This document shows positions 42,594 to 53,339 of a DNA stretch of 64,000 bases, one piece after another. The position numbers and the translations under genes were made by a program. The notes beneath the pieces were generated by a model that had not been told where the DNA came from, did no database searches, and saw only the letters and a program-made list of their open reading frames with translations. Position 1 is the first letter of the stretch. Every line of letters begins with the position of its first letter. The DNA comes from an uncultured Pelagibacteraceae bacterium (GTDB lineage Bacteria; Pseudomonadota; Alphaproteobacteria; Pelagibacterales; Pelagibacteraceae): positions 6,273 to 70,272 of the forward strand of contig CACIKJ010000002.1 in assembly GCA_902587215.1 (NCBI GenBank), read 5' to 3'.

Positions 42594-44386
42594 TTAAGTG
42601 TCTTTTTATTTTTAAATAAGTTACTTAGCTCTCCGATCATGACATCGCCTAACTCCTGTACGTCTGTGATCTTTATAGCTTTCTTATAATATCTTGATAC
42701 GTCATGACCTATTCCAATAGCTAATATTTCTATGTCTTCTTTATTCTCTATTAATTTAACTACTTTTTTTAAGTGTTTCTCTAAATAGTCACCTGAATTT
42801 ACAGATAAAGTTGAGTCATCTACTGGTGCACCATCTGATATTACCATTAAAATTTTTCTTTCCTCTTTCCTCTTCTTTAATCTGCTATAAGCCCACATGA
42901 TTGCTTCTCCATCAATATTCTCTTTAAGAATTCCTTCTTTTAACATGAGACCCAAATTCTTTTTTGATTGTCGCCATTGACTATCGGCGCTCTTATAAAT
43001 TATGTGTCTTAAATCATTTAATCTTCCAGGGTGTTTAACTTTACCATTTTTATTCCAGGACTCCCTTGACTTACCACCCTTCCAATTCTTTGTTGTAAAA
43101 CCTAAAATTTCTACTTTTACAGAACATCTTTCCAAAGTTCTCGATAAAATGTCAGCACAAAGTGCAGCAATTGTAATTGGCCTTCCCCTCATTGAACCAG
43201 AATTGTCAATTAACAGACTCACAACTGTATCCTTAAACTCTAGGTCTTTTTCTTTTTTAAATGATAATGAATTATATGGATCTATTATTATTCTTGGTAA
43301 TTTTGAACTATCTAATAGCCCTTCCTCAAGATCAAAGTCCCAAGAACGGTTTTGTTTTGCCATAAGTTGTCTCTGTAGCTTATTTGCTAATTTTATAATT
43401 AAATCTTTAAAATTAATTAATTGCTGATCAAGATTTCTTCTAAGTTTTGATATTTCATCTGCTTCCTCAAGATTTTCAGCTTTTTCAATTTCATCAAAAT
43501 CCCTTGTATAAACTTTATATTCTTTTTCAGTTTTTACATTATTCAACTTTTGAACAATATTTTCAGAGCTTTGTTGATCACTTTCAGTATCAAATAACTG
43601 CTCTTCCATTCTAAATTCATTTACATCTAAATCAGTATCAGATATGTTTTGATTTTCAGAGGCTTCTTGGTCTTTGTCTTGATTATTTTCACTATCTGAC
43701 TCAGCATTTTGCTGGTTGTTTTGTTGATTTTCTTGATGATTTTCCTCTTGTTTATCTTCTTCATCTTTTTCAATAAAATCTAATTGATTTAAAATCTCAA
43801 CAAATTTAGAACTGAATAATTCTTGGTTTTCTAAATTTTGTTTTAAATAATTTAGGTGTTTACCAAAACTATTTTTAAAATCATCATCCCAGTAACTTAG
43901 TATTTTTTCGCATAATGCATTTGGTTTAATCTCAAAAAAATTTTTAAGCATATAAATTTCAAAAGCTTCAGCAATAGTAGTATCTTCTTTAGACTTAAGT
44001 TGGTCTTTTCTTTTAAGATTTATTTTATAATTATAATTTTCTATTAAGTTCTTACCTATCCCCTTCAACATTCTAGTACCAAGCATCTCATATCTTATTT
44101 TTTCTGATGTATTATAAAGTGATTTAAGAGTAGGTTTTGATGGCAGTTTTTTTAGATAAATATTTTTATTTGAAAACTTTCGTTTAAGTGCTTCAGAATC
44201 TGTTTCAGCTCTGAACTTTAAAAAATCATATTTATTATTTAAGTTATCTAATTCAAAAAAATTATAATTTTTCGAACTATTATTTTTGTCTTCATCATTT
44301 TTATAGTTAAAATCCTCTGAAATAGCTTTTACAGTTGAAATTAAGGCTTGTTTAAATTTCTCTTTAATATTTTCGTCTTTTTTCAT
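42590..44386 (-). CDS. cobT: CobT-like VWA protein
   Basis: Acidic linker, [36 protein letters not shown]. Confidence 0.9.
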   Translation of the reverse strand: MKKDENIKEKFKQALISTVKAISEDFNYKNDEDKNNSSKNYNFFELDNLNNKYDFLKFRAETDSEALKRKFSNKNIYLKKLPSKPTLKSLYNTSEKIRYEMLGTRMLKGIGKNLIENYNYKINLKRKDQLKSKEDTTIAEAFEIYMLKNFFEIKPNALCEKILSYWDDDFKNSFGKHLNYLKQNLENQELFSSKFVEILNQLDFIEKDEEDKQEENHQENQQNNQQNAESDSENNQDKDQEASENQNISDTDLDVNEFRMEEQLFDTESDQQSSENIVQKLNNVKTEKEYKVYTRDFDEIEKAENLEEADEISKLRRNLDQQLINFKDLIIKLANKLQRQLMAKQNRSWDFDLEEGLLDSSKLPRIIIDPYNSLSFKKEKDLEFKDTVVSLLIDNSGSMRGRPITIAALCADILSRTLERCSVKVEILGFTTKNWKGGKSRESWNKNGKVKHPGRLNDLRHIIYKSADSQWRQSKKNLGLMLKEGILKENIDGEAIMWAYSRLKKRKEERKILMVISDGAPVDDSTLSVNSGDYLEKHLKKVVKLIENKEDIEILAIGIGHDVSRYYKKAIKITDVQELGDVMIGELSNLFKNKKTLN

Positions 44387-45361
44387 CTATATCTGAATAT
44401 TTATTAATGACTCTGGCAGGTCTTCTCCAAAACATCTTTGATAATATTCAGCTATAGTATTCTTTTCAACATCGTCACATTTATTTAAGAAAGTTACTCT
44501 AAAAGAATAACCTACATCCTTAAAAATTTGACTATTTTCGGCCCAATGAATTACAGTTCTTGGACTCATAACTGAGGATATATCACCAGCTATAAAACCT
44601 TTTCTTGTCAAGGCTGCAACTTTTATCATATTTGAAATTATCTCTTTACCCTTAGCATTGTTCATACTTTTATTTTTTGATAAAACAATTTCCATCTCTT
44701 TCTCAAGTTCAAGGTAGTTAAGAGTTGTTACTATGTTCCATCTATCCATCTGACCTTGATTTATTTGTTGAGTTCCGTGATAAAGACCGCTCGTATCTCC
44801 CATTCCAATAGTATTTGCAGTTGCAAATAGTCTAAAAAATTTGTTTTGTTTTAAGACTTTATTTTTATCTAAAAGAGTAAAGCTTCCTTCAGATTCTAAA
44901 ACTCTTTGAATCACAAACATTACATCTGGTCTGCCAGCATCATATTCATCAAAAACCAATGCCACTGGGTTTTGTATAGACCAAGGAAGTATACCCTCTT
45001 TAAATTCTGTGACCTGTTTCCCCTCTTTTATTACAATTGCATCTTTACCAATTAAATCTATTCTGCTTATATGGCTATCTAAATTCACCCTAATACATGG
45101 CCAGTTCAATCTTGCTGCAATTTGCTCAATATGCGTTGATTTCCCAGTGCCGTGATATCCTTGAACTAAAACTCTTTTATTAAAAGAAAAACCAGATAAA
45201 ATTGCAAGAGTAGTATCTCTATCAAATTTATAACCTTTATCTATTTCTGGAACAAATTCACCTTTTTTTGAAAAACCCTCAACTTCCATATCACTATCAA
45301 TACCAAAAGTTTGTTTTACAGATAGTTTAATATCAGGAGATAGGTTAATATTTGGTATCAA
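44387..45361 (-). CDS. cobS: CobS-like AAA+ ATPase
   Basis: [10 protein letters not shown] Walker [11 protein letters not shown] Walker B, QMDRW. Confidence 0.93.
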   Translation of the reverse strand: MIPNINLSPDIKLSVKQTFGIDSDMEVEGFSKKGEFVPEIDKGYKFDRDTTLAILSGFSFNKRVLVQGYHGTGKSTHIEQIAARLNWPCIRVNLDSHISRIDLIGKDAIVIKEGKQVTEFKEGILPWSIQNPVALVFDEYDAGRPDVMFVIQRVLESEGSFTLLDKNKVLKQNKFFRLFATANTIGMGDTSGLYHGTQQINQGQMDRWNIVTTLNYLELEKEMEIVLSKNKSMNNAKGKEIISNMIKVAALTRKGFIAGDISSVMSPRTVIHWAENSQIFKDVGYSFRVTFLNKCDDVEKNTIAEYYQRCFGEDLPESLINIQI

Positions 45362-45878
45362 TTTTTCCTCTATATGTATTTTTAAGTTGAGTGTAAGCCA
45401 AGGTAATTATTTTAAGTTTTTCTTCAAATTTTTTGTTTCCAGAATTCATATCAGGGTGAAATTTTTTGACAAGCTTTTTAAACCTTTCTCTGATCTTCTT
45501 CCATTCTATGCCAACAGGGATATCAAGTATTGTGAAAGCTTGAAAATCCTGACTATTAAATCTAAATTTTTTCATATAATCTAAATCTACGTGGTTCTTG
45601 TATTTTTGTGCGTCATCTTTTAGCGCATTATTCCAAAGTATTTTGAAAAAGTTATCTGGTGAACTAAAGCTTTGAGTAGGTTTATGCCATATCATATCAG
45701 ATTTAATGAATTCGATAATCTGATCATCGTTCATTCCTGAAAAATAATTCCAATTTTTGTTAAATTCTTTAATATGCTCTAAACAAAGCATTCTATATTT
45801 CTTGCTATTATCTTTTTCAACCGGAGCTCTAAACTCCCCTAGATTATTGCAATTGTCCCAATCACAAATTGTTTTCAT
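45345..45878 (-). CDS. J-domain protein with N-terminal Cys/His motif
   Basis: CDWDNC...CLEH, NKNWNYF, C-terminal KFHPD. Confidence 0.88.
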   Translation of the reverse strand: MKTICDWDNCNNLGEFRAPVEKDNSKKYRMLCLEHIKEFNKNWNYFSGMNDDQIIEFIKSDMIWHKPTQSFSSPDNFFKILWNNALKDDAQKYKNHVDLDYMKKFRFNSQDFQAFTILDIPVGIEWKKIRERFKKLVKKFHPDMNSGNKKFEEKLKIITLAYTQLKNTYRGKIDTKY

Positions 45879-45902
45879 AATAAATTAATTTATAATAATA
45901 CA

Positions 45903-46163
45903 ATGGATATAGATAATTTATTTAAAAATATCAAAACAAAATTACTAAGCAATGCTATAATTCAGAATGTCAAAATTGAAGATAAAACATATCTTCATGC
46001 AAAACATGCTTCGCATGAAAAAAATAAATTTCATATAAAACTAATTATAATTTCAAGGGATTTAAAAAAAACAAGTAAATTAGATGCTACAAAGAGAGTG
46101 CATAAAATTCTTCAAGATGAAATTAAGAATCATATTCACTCTATTCAAATTCTATTTGAGTAA
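45903..46163 (+). CDS. bolA: BolA family protein
   Basis: D-x-T-x-x-H-A-x-H, HIKLIIIS, IHSIQI; divergent from J-domain gene. Confidence 0.75.
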   Translation: MDIDNLFKNIKTKLLSNAIIQNVKIEDKTYLHAKHASHEKNKFHIKLIIISRDLKKTSKLDATKRVHKILQDEIKNHIHSIQILFE

Positions 46164-47249
46164 GTCTGATTTAATAAAATTTTTAACTTTAGAAACATTT
46201 ATTTGCGTGTTTATATTTACTTTTCCGATTTTTTGAAGAGTTATAAAATTAATTTTACTAGTTGTATTTTTTTTGTCAGCTATCATAAAATTAACGATTT
46301 TATTAACATCTTTTAAAGTGAAAAATTTATTCAAATTATCAAAGTTTAATTTAGATAAATGAGACAATATTAATTGAAAATCATAGTTATTAAGCATTTT
46401 GAGTTTTTTACTTAATTTTGCAGAAGATAGAATTCCATAAAGCACGGCTTCACCATGATTTAATTTTTTCGAGTAATTTAAAGATGCTTCATAGGCATGG
46501 CCAAATGTATGACCCAAATTAAGACTTTTTCTCAAATTACTTTCGTTTTCATCTTGTTCGACAATTTCTTTTTTTATTTTGCAACTATCCAAAATTATTT
46601 TTTCAATAATGTTTTTTTTTAGTTTTAAAATATTTTGAATATTTTGATTTAAAAATAAAAATAACTTTTTATTTTTAATCAAAGAATGTTTAAATATTTC
46701 TGCATATCCACAAATCACCTCCCTTTTAGGCAGGCTATCCAAAAGTTTTGTATCTGAAATTACCAAGTTTGGCTGGTAAAAAGATCCAATTAAGTTTTTG
46801 CCAAATTTATTATTTATCCCTGTCTTGCCACCAATTGAGGAGTCTACTTGAGATAAAAGAGTGGAAGGTAAATTAATAAATTTCAGTCCTCTTTTATAAA
46901 TACTTGCTGCAAAAGCAGAAAGATCTCCTGATATTCCGCCACCAAGACATACAATAGCATCGTTTCTACTAAAATTATTTTTAAATAGTATCTCTGTTAA
47001 ATAATTCACATATTTTAGATCTTTATTTCTCTCAGATGCATCAAAGAAAAAAACTAATTTTTTTTCAGAACTCAACTTAGACTTAACTTTTTTTACAAAA
47101 CTTTTAGGGATATTTTTATCTACTACTATTAAAGTTTTTTTAAAATTAATTTTCTCCTTTTTAATGATCAAATTTAATTTTGAAATAATATTATGGCCTA
47201 CATAAATATTATAATTTTTACTTTTTGTATTAATTTTAAGAACTTTCAT
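46152..47249 (-). CDS. aroB: 3-dehydroquinate synthase
   Basis: VDSSIGGKTG, LNLGHTFGHA, HGEAV. Confidence 0.96.
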   Translation of the reverse strand: MKVLKINTKSKNYNIYVGHNIISKLNLIIKKEKINFKKTLIVVDKNIPKSFVKKVKSKLSSEKKLVFFFDASERNKDLKYVNYLTEILFKNNFSRNDAIVCLGGGISGDLSAFAASIYKRGLKFINLPSTLLSQVDSSIGGKTGINNKFGKNLIGSFYQPNLVISDTKLLDSLPKREVICGYAEIFKHSLIKNKKLFLFLNQNIQNILKLKKNIIEKIILDSCKIKKEIVEQDENESNLRKSLNLGHTFGHAYEASLNYSKKLNHGEAVLYGILSSAKLSKKLKMLNNYDFQLILSHLSKLNFDNLNKFFTLKDVNKIVNFMIADKKNTTSKINFITLQKIGKVNINTQINVSKVKNFIKSDLLK

Positions 47250-47751
47250 TTTCGATAATTTTAGATATTTGATTTATAATTTCATTCTTATTTTTATTTT
47301 CACAGTTTACTTTAAATTCTGACAATTTGTAGAATTTAACTCTTTTTTTATAAAGATTACCTATTTCCTTATTACTTAAATTTAGGGTCAAGGGACGCCT
47401 TTGGTTTTTTGATATTCTAGTTAATATCGTCTTAATTTTCCAATTTAACCAAAAGGAATAACTATTTCTTTTAATTTTTTTTCTAATTTTGTCATTTAAG
47501 AAAGCTCCACCCCCCAGTGAAATTACGCTTCCTTTTTTTTCAAGAAAGATCAATGAAATTTTCTCCTCTATTTTTCTAAAATAATCCTCACCTTTATTTT
47601 GAAATATATCAACTATCTTTTCATTTTCGTGTTTTTCGATTTCTGTGTCAACATCTATGAATTGATAATTTAATTTTTTTGCCAGTTTAAAACCAATAGT
47701 AGTTTTCCCAGCAGCCATCATACCAATTAATACTATATTTTTTTTAAACAT
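47236..47751 (-). CDS. aroK: shikimate kinase
   Basis: GMMAAGKTTIG, GEDYFR, SLGGG, RPL. Confidence 0.95.
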   Translation of the reverse strand: MFKKNIVLIGMMAAGKTTIGFKLAKKLNYQFIDVDTEIEKHENEKIVDIFQNKGEDYFRKIEEKISLIFLEKKGSVISLGGGAFLNDKIRKKIKRNSYSFWLNWKIKTILTRISKNQRRPLTLNLSNKEIGNLYKKRVKFYKLSEFKVNCENKNKNEIINQISKIIENESS

Positions 47752-47806
47752 TTATTAATATTGAAAAAACATAAATATGTCTTATTTCTAAACTAATTAA
47801 ACATTT

Positions 47807-47992
47807 ATGGAATTTCAAAGAAAAAATAATAACTCAATTATTGGGAAGTTGCGAGGCCCACTTGTAAAAATAACATTTATTCTCATAGTTTTAGTAGGTT
47901 TTGTGTATGCTTTAGGGTCAGTTGATTTTCCAGCTCCTAATAAGAAAATCGAAAAAATTTTACCTAATGAAAATTTCAAAATTGTTAAATAA
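47807..47992 (+). CDS. small single-TM hypothetical protein
   Basis: 61 aa, one TM helix, C-terminal P...IEKILPNE; divergent from aroK. Confidence 0.65.
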   Translation: MEFQRKNNNSIIGKLRGPLVKITFILIVLVGFVYALGSVDFPAPNKKIEKILPNENFKIVK

Positions 47993-49733
47993 AAAAAATA
48001 TAATTTTTTTTTTATTTTTAATATCATTTAATAACTCTATAGCAAACGAACCTGTTGATATATGGAATATTGATAAAACAAAAACTGATATAGAACAAAC
48101 CGACCAAAGTGAAATATTATCCACCCAAGAAACCTCTGAACAAAAAATTTCAATTTATGATTTGAATAGTCAGAATACAACCAATAATCAAAATAATGTT
48201 TTACTCGAGAATAATCTTGAAAATAAAATTTCTTTGTATGGTTTATACGATCCTGATGAAAATAATTTATCTATAGAAATGTGGAGTGAGTCTGATGGCG
48301 AGGAAATAAAAAAAATATTTGAAAAAATTTATTCCCAAAATTTATCTAATGATGCTTTAGATATTCTTGAAACAGTTTTATTAACAAATTCAAATACACC
48401 AATTAAAAATATAAATGAGCAAGAATTCTATGAAATCCAAAAAAAATTTTTGTTAAAAAAAAAAGATTTGAGCTTAATTAAATTATTTGTAGAAAAAAAT
48501 CCTGATTTTTTGTTTAAAGATGAATTAATTAATTATTATGCAAATCACTATCTTTCAGAGGCAAATATTGAAAAAAGCTGTGAGATATTTGACTTAATTT
48601 CTGAGGTAACCTTAATAAATGATTATACATCGAAACTTAAAATTTATTGTTTAATTAATTCAGATAAAATAGATCAGGCATTGCTAATTTATGATTTGAA
48701 AAAAGAAATGGGGTTCAAGGATAATTTTTTTGAACAGAAAATATTTCAATTAATTGGGTTCGAAGATGAAAGTAATGAGGTTTCAGATAAAAATTTGTTA
48801 GAGTTACATCTGTCACATAGAGTAGTTAAAAACTTTAAGTATGTTCCTGATGAAAACACTTCTAAAGATGTTTGGAAATATTTAGCTTCTGCCAATCTTC
48901 TAGAAAAAGTAGAAAATATCGATTTAGAGGATTTTGAAAAAATAAACTTAATTGAAAAAGCAGTACATGATGGAAATTATAATGAGGAAGATTTGTTTAA
49001 TTTGTACACCAGATATCAATTTAATTTTAATCAACTACTTTCAGCTAAAGAAAATTATAAAACTTTAGATAAATCTAGTCAAAGAGCATTGATATATCAA
49101 AAGATGCTTTTGACAATAGATGCAAGTGAAAAATTATATTTAGCAAGATTATTAAAAAATTTATTCGAAAACGATAATTTAGGAAACGCTTTTTATATTC
49201 AACTTTCTAAGATTTTGTTATCTGTAGATAAGTCTAAAATAACATCAGATTTAATTTCATTTTACGATAACAATATAATTAATGAGGAAACAGTCATAAA
49301 AAATATAAAATTTAACAACAAAATTATTCACCAATCAAAACTATTAAATTATTTTGTGGAAAAGAAAGAGATATCTAAAATAGAAAAAGAAACAAACGAT
49401 TTATTGAAAAGCATTTTGAAAGATAAAAAATATATTGTGACCACAAATGATGAAATATTATTGGAGTCACTAAAATATGATGGCATAAAGATTTTAAAAA
49501 AATACTCTGATAGATATTCTTCTACTGCAAATATACCACCTGATATACAAGCTAAAATTAATAATAGAGATTTAGGTCTTATTTTACTCAGAATAGTTGA
49601 AATTATTGGTGAAGATAAATTAGAAGATCTTGGGTCAGAAACTTTAAATTTTATATTAATTACACTAAATCAATTAGACCTTGATACAATTCGAGATAAA
49701 ATTATTTTAAAAACTTTACCAATCAGGGTATAA
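47967..49733 (+). CDS. exported hypothetical protein
   Basis: Long ORF; signal-peptide-like MKISKLLNKKNIIFFLFLISFNNSIA then EPVDIW; start moved to ATG 47967. Confidence 0.75.
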   Translation: MKISKLLNKKNIIFFLFLISFNNSIANEPVDIWNIDKTKTDIEQTDQSEILSTQETSEQKISIYDLNSQNTTNNQNNVLLENNLENKISLYGLYDPDENNLSIEMWSESDGEEIKKIFEKIYSQNLSNDALDILETVLLTNSNTPIKNINEQEFYEIQKKFLLKKKDLSLIKLFVEKNPDFLFKDELINYYANHYLSEANIEKSCEIFDLISEVTLINDYTSKLKIYCLINSDKIDQALLIYDLKKEMGFKDNFFEQKIFQLIGFEDESNEVSDKNLLELHLSHRVVKNFKYVPDENTSKDVWKYLASANLLEKVENIDLEDFEKINLIEKAVHDGNYNEEDLFNLYTRYQFNFNQLLSAKENYKTLDKSSQRALIYQKMLLTIDASEKLYLARLLKNLFENDNLGNAFYIQLSKILLSVDKSKITSDLISFYDNNIINEETVIKNIKFNNKIIHQSKLLNYFVEKKEISKIEKETNDLLKSILKDKKYIVTTNDEILLESLKYDGIKILKKYSDRYSSTANIPPDIQAKINNRDLGLILLRIVEIIGEDKLEDLGSETLNFILITLNQLDLDTIRDKIILKTLPIRV

Positions 49734-49745
49734 ATCTAAATAGTT

Positions 49746-50270
49746 ATGGCTGTAAAACAAATATTAACTGAACCAAATAAAGTTTTGAGACAAATATCTA
49801 AACCGGTTGACAAAGTAACAAAGCAGGATCAAATATTAATGGATGATATGTTGGATACAATGTATCATGCAAATGGAATTGGATTAGCTGCAATTCAAAT
49901 TGGAATACCAAAAAGAATAATAGTAATGGATATTGCAAAAAAAGATGAAAAGAAAAATCCAATGTATTTCGTTAATCCAATAATTAAAAATAAAAATAAT
50001 GACTTATCTACATATGAAGAAGGGTGTCTGTCAGTGCCTGATCAATTCGCAGAGGTAGATAGACCATCAACATGTGAGGTTGAGTATTTAGATTACAATG
50101 GAGAAAAAAAGATTTTAAAAGCCACAGGATTGTTAGCGACATGCATACAACATGAAATGGATCATTTAGAAGGAATATTATTTATTGATCATTTATCAAA
50201 ATTAAAAAAATCAATGATAATAAAAAAACTTTCTAAACAGAAAAAAAGCTCTGAAGCAGTAATAATTTAA
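49746..50270 (+). CDS. def: peptide deformylase
   Basis: GIGLAAIQ, EGCLS, QHEMDH. Confidence 0.98.
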   Translation: MAVKQILTEPNKVLRQISKPVDKVTKQDQILMDDMLDTMYHANGIGLAAIQIGIPKRIIVMDIAKKDEKKNPMYFVNPIIKNKNNDLSTYEEGCLSVPDQFAEVDRPSTCEVEYLDYNGEKKILKATGLLATCIQHEMDHLEGILFIDHLSKLKKSMIIKKLSKQKKSSEAVII

Positions 50271-50273
50271 TTA

Positions 50274-51203
50274 ATGCAAAAAAAAATTGCTTTTATGGGA
50301 ACACCAATTTTCGCTGTTCCAATATTAAAAAATATTTACCAAAATGGTTATGAAGTCTCTGTTGTATATACACAACCACCTAGAAAATCAAATAGAGGAC
50401 AAAAGTTTGAAAAATCGCCGATACATTCATTTGCAGAAACAATCAGCTTTGATGTAAGAACCCCTGATAAATTAAATGATAATAATTCTGAATATGAATA
50501 TTTCAAAAGTTTAAATTTGGATTTGGTTATTGTGGTTGCTTATGGAATAATTATTCCAAAAAATTTCTTATCATTAAGCAAACAAGGTTTTATTAATTTG
50601 CATGCATCTTTACTTCCAAAATGGAGAGGTGCTGCACCAATTCAAAGATCAATAATGAGTCAAGATAAAGAAACTGGCATCAGCGTTATGAAAATAAACG
50701 AAAAACTAGATGAAGGAGATATTTCGCATATTTTTAAAATTAATATTGAGGAAAACGAAAATGCCCAAACTTTATCTGATAGACTTTCTACTTTAGCTTC
50801 AGATAAAATTTCAGAGGTAATCGATAGTATTATTGATAAAGAGGTTAACTTTAAACAGCAAGATCATTCTCAAGCTACGTATGCAAAAAAAATAAAAAAA
50901 ATAGAAGGATTAATTGATTGGAATGATAGAGCTGAAAATATTATTGGAAAAATAAATGGATTATATCCCTTTCCAGGAGGGTATTTTATTTTTAAGGGTG
51001 AAAGATATAAAATTTTAAAAGCACAACTATCTTTCAATAAAGATAAAGCAGGCAAAGTAATATCTAATGATCTAGAAATTAGTTGTGGTGAAAACTCAAT
51101 TAAAATATTGGAAATTCAACGAGAAGGAAAAAAACCACAAAAAATAAATGAATTTTTGCTTGGTTCTCAAATACAAAAGGGAACCAATTTATTAAATGTT
51201 TAG
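50274..51203 (+). CDS. fmt: methionyl-tRNA formyltransferase
   Basis: FMGTP, NLHASLLPKWRGAAPIQ. Confidence 0.97.
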   Translation: MQKKIAFMGTPIFAVPILKNIYQNGYEVSVVYTQPPRKSNRGQKFEKSPIHSFAETISFDVRTPDKLNDNNSEYEYFKSLNLDLVIVVAYGIIIPKNFLSLSKQGFINLHASLLPKWRGAAPIQRSIMSQDKETGISVMKINEKLDEGDISHIFKINIEENENAQTLSDRLSTLASDKISEVIDSIIDKEVNFKQQDHSQATYAKKIKKIEGLIDWNDRAENIIGKINGLYPFPGGYFIFKGERYKILKAQLSFNKDKAGKVISNDLEISCGENSIKILEIQREGKKPQKINEFLLGSQIQKGTNLLNV

Positions 51204-51936
51204 ATATCAAATTATAATCGAGTATGATGGAACCAATCATTCTGGATGGCAATCTCAAAAAAATGCAAAATCAATTCAAAACGAAATTGAAACAACTTTG
51301 TCAAAAATAATTAAGAAAAAAATTAAAATTATAGGCTCCGGAAGGACAGATGCTGGTGTTCATTCCAAAAATCAATCTGCTCACTTTGATTGTAAAAATT
51401 TATTATCTGACAAACGTAAATTAATTCTCTCAGTAAATCATTTTTTAAATAAAAAAAATATATCAATAAAGAAAATTATAAAAAAAAACATAAATTTTCA
51501 TGCAAGATATTCTGCTAAAGAAAGAGAATATGAATATATTATTCTTAATAGAGATTCACCTCCTATATTAGATAAAAACAAAGTTTGGTATTTAAGATCT
51601 AAGTTAGATATAAAACAAATGAAAAAAGCGGCAAAGAAATTGATTGGAACTCATAACTTTAATACATTCAGATCTTCTAATTGCCAGGCTAAATCTCCAA
51701 TAAGAACTCTTAAAAAGATAAAAATTACAAGGAAAGATGAAAAAATAATCTTTATTTTAAGATCAAAGTCATTTCTTAGAAATCAAGTAAGATCAATTAT
51801 TGGTTGTTTAAAATATGTTGGTGCTAATAAGTGGACGATCAAAGAGTTTGAAAAAGTTCTAAATTCCAAAAATAGAAATCAGTGTGCTCCACCAGCACCT
51901 GCTCAAGGATTATATTTGTCAAAAATTATTTACTAA
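51196..51936 (+). CDS. truA: tRNA pseudouridine(38-40) synthase
   Basis: YDGT, GSGRTDAGVH, FHARYSA, APAQGLYL. Confidence 0.96.
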   Translation: MFRYQIIIEYDGTNHSGWQSQKNAKSIQNEIETTLSKIIKKKIKIIGSGRTDAGVHSKNQSAHFDCKNLLSDKRKLILSVNHFLNKKNISIKKIIKKNINFHARYSAKEREYEYIILNRDSPPILDKNKVWYLRSKLDIKQMKKAAKKLIGTHNFNTFRSSNCQAKSPIRTLKKIKITRKDEKIIFILRSKSFLRNQVRSIIGCLKYVGANKWTIKEFEKVLNSKNRNQCAPPAPAQGLYLSKIIY

Positions 51937-52384
51937 GTCTTAGTGATTTTTTTATTCTCCAACGAGAGGCTTGTTTAACAATATATCCACAACAATTATT
52001 TGAATTACACCTACAGGGATAATCTTTAAAGTCTGCATCAAAACTAAAACCATAATCATATGAAAGTTCCTCACCTTTTTTAATGTTTTTAATAGACTCT
52101 ATCCATAATTTTAAACCTTTACCAACTACTTCACAATTAGGGTTACATGAATGATTTATAAGTCGGGCAGTATTAAAATTGTATGCCCCATCTAAGTCCC
52201 ACTTTTTATTAATTTCAAAAAGATAAATCCTTTTTGAGTTATCAAATTTAGGATTTATTTCACTTTCTTTTTTAGATATTAATTTTCCTTTATACTCAAT
52301 TATCTTTGTACCTTTTTTAATATCTTTAGCTGCAACTAATCCTTTGTTATCAATATTTGATTTTTTTATTTTATATAATGCCAT
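51926..52384 (-). CDS. SET domain lysine methyltransferase with post-SET Cys motif
   Basis: KGLVA, IIEYKG, ARLINHSCNPNC, GEELSYDY, CRCNSNNC. Confidence 0.93.
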   Translation of the reverse strand: MALYKIKKSNIDNKGLVAAKDIKKGTKIIEYKGKLISKKESEINPKFDNSKRIYLFEINKKWDLDGAYNFNTARLINHSCNPNCEVVGKGLKLWIESIKNIKKGEELSYDYGFSFDADFKDYPCRCNSNNCCGYIVKQASRWRIKKSLRLSK

Positions 52385-52414
52385 GAGGTTTATTTATGTT
52401 AATTTTTCAGAATC

Positions 52415-53339
52415 TCAATTGAATTCTAAAAGTGCGTTAACATGTTCATCTGCACTTTCAGCAAGAGCTCTAAGATCATAGCCACCTTCAAGTATAGATA
52501 CGACTTTTCCATTACAAAAATGTTTAGTAGTTTCTAAAACTCTCTTGGTTATTTCGTAGTAATCTCTAGACTCTAAATTTAATTGACATAAAGGATCATC
52601 TTTGTGAGCATCAAATCCTGCAGACATTAATATAAATTCAGGGCGAAATTCTTTTAATCTTTTAAGCATATGCTCATAAGCATCAAAATATTGTCTAGAA
52701 CTTGTACCTGCGGATAATGGAATATTCAAAGCATTATTATAATCTCCCTTTTCATGCTCCGTTCCCCCCCCCTGGATAGTATGGATATTGATGTAAGCTT
52801 GAAAAAAAAACATTCTGATTAGACTTAAGAATATCATAGGTTCCATTTCCAAAGTGACAGTCCCAATCTATCACTGCAATTTTCTTATATTTGTATTTAG
52901 AAATTAAATAATTTGCAGCAACACCAATATTATTTATTACACAAAAACCCATAGCTTTATTTTTTTTAGCATGATGGCCCGGTGGTCTTGTAACACAGTG
53001 AGCAGCTTCAAATTCTTTATTTTCAATACCATCGATTGCAGCTAATATTGAACCAACCGCATCAAATGTTGCATCTTTGCTACCTGGAGAAACAACCGTA
53101 TCACCATCTAAAAATACTAATCCTTTTTCAGGAAAGGCATTTTCAATTGTATCCACATAACTCGAGGAATGTGTTTGTCTTATAATATCTTTGTCAAAAC
53201 TAACTGGGTTTTTCCAAATCAACTTTTTATTTTTTTTCAATTTTTCTATTATTGAAGTTACCCTTGAAATACTTTCAGGATGTCCCGAACCAGTATTATG
53301 ATTTAATGAGGATTTTGATGTAACTATTGCTGTTTTCAT
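52415..53339 (-). pseudogene. histone deacetylase family protein, frameshifted at a G9 tract (real or sequence error)
   Basis: 5' ORF has HPE, RPPGHHA, GFC, DWDCHFGNGT, SLHQ; 3' ORF has SAGFDAH, DPL, LEGGY; removing one G from 52764-52772 joins them as YPGGGTEHEKG. Confidence 0.85.
52764..52772 (-). repeat. G9 homopolymer (C9 on + strand)
   Basis: gtt-ccccccccc-tgg; lies exactly at the frame break. Confidence 0.9.

Noticed and set aside
42590-45361. Cobalamin biosynthesis cluster
   Set aside because: Only cobS/cobT-like genes; no cobN or other corrin genes in the window
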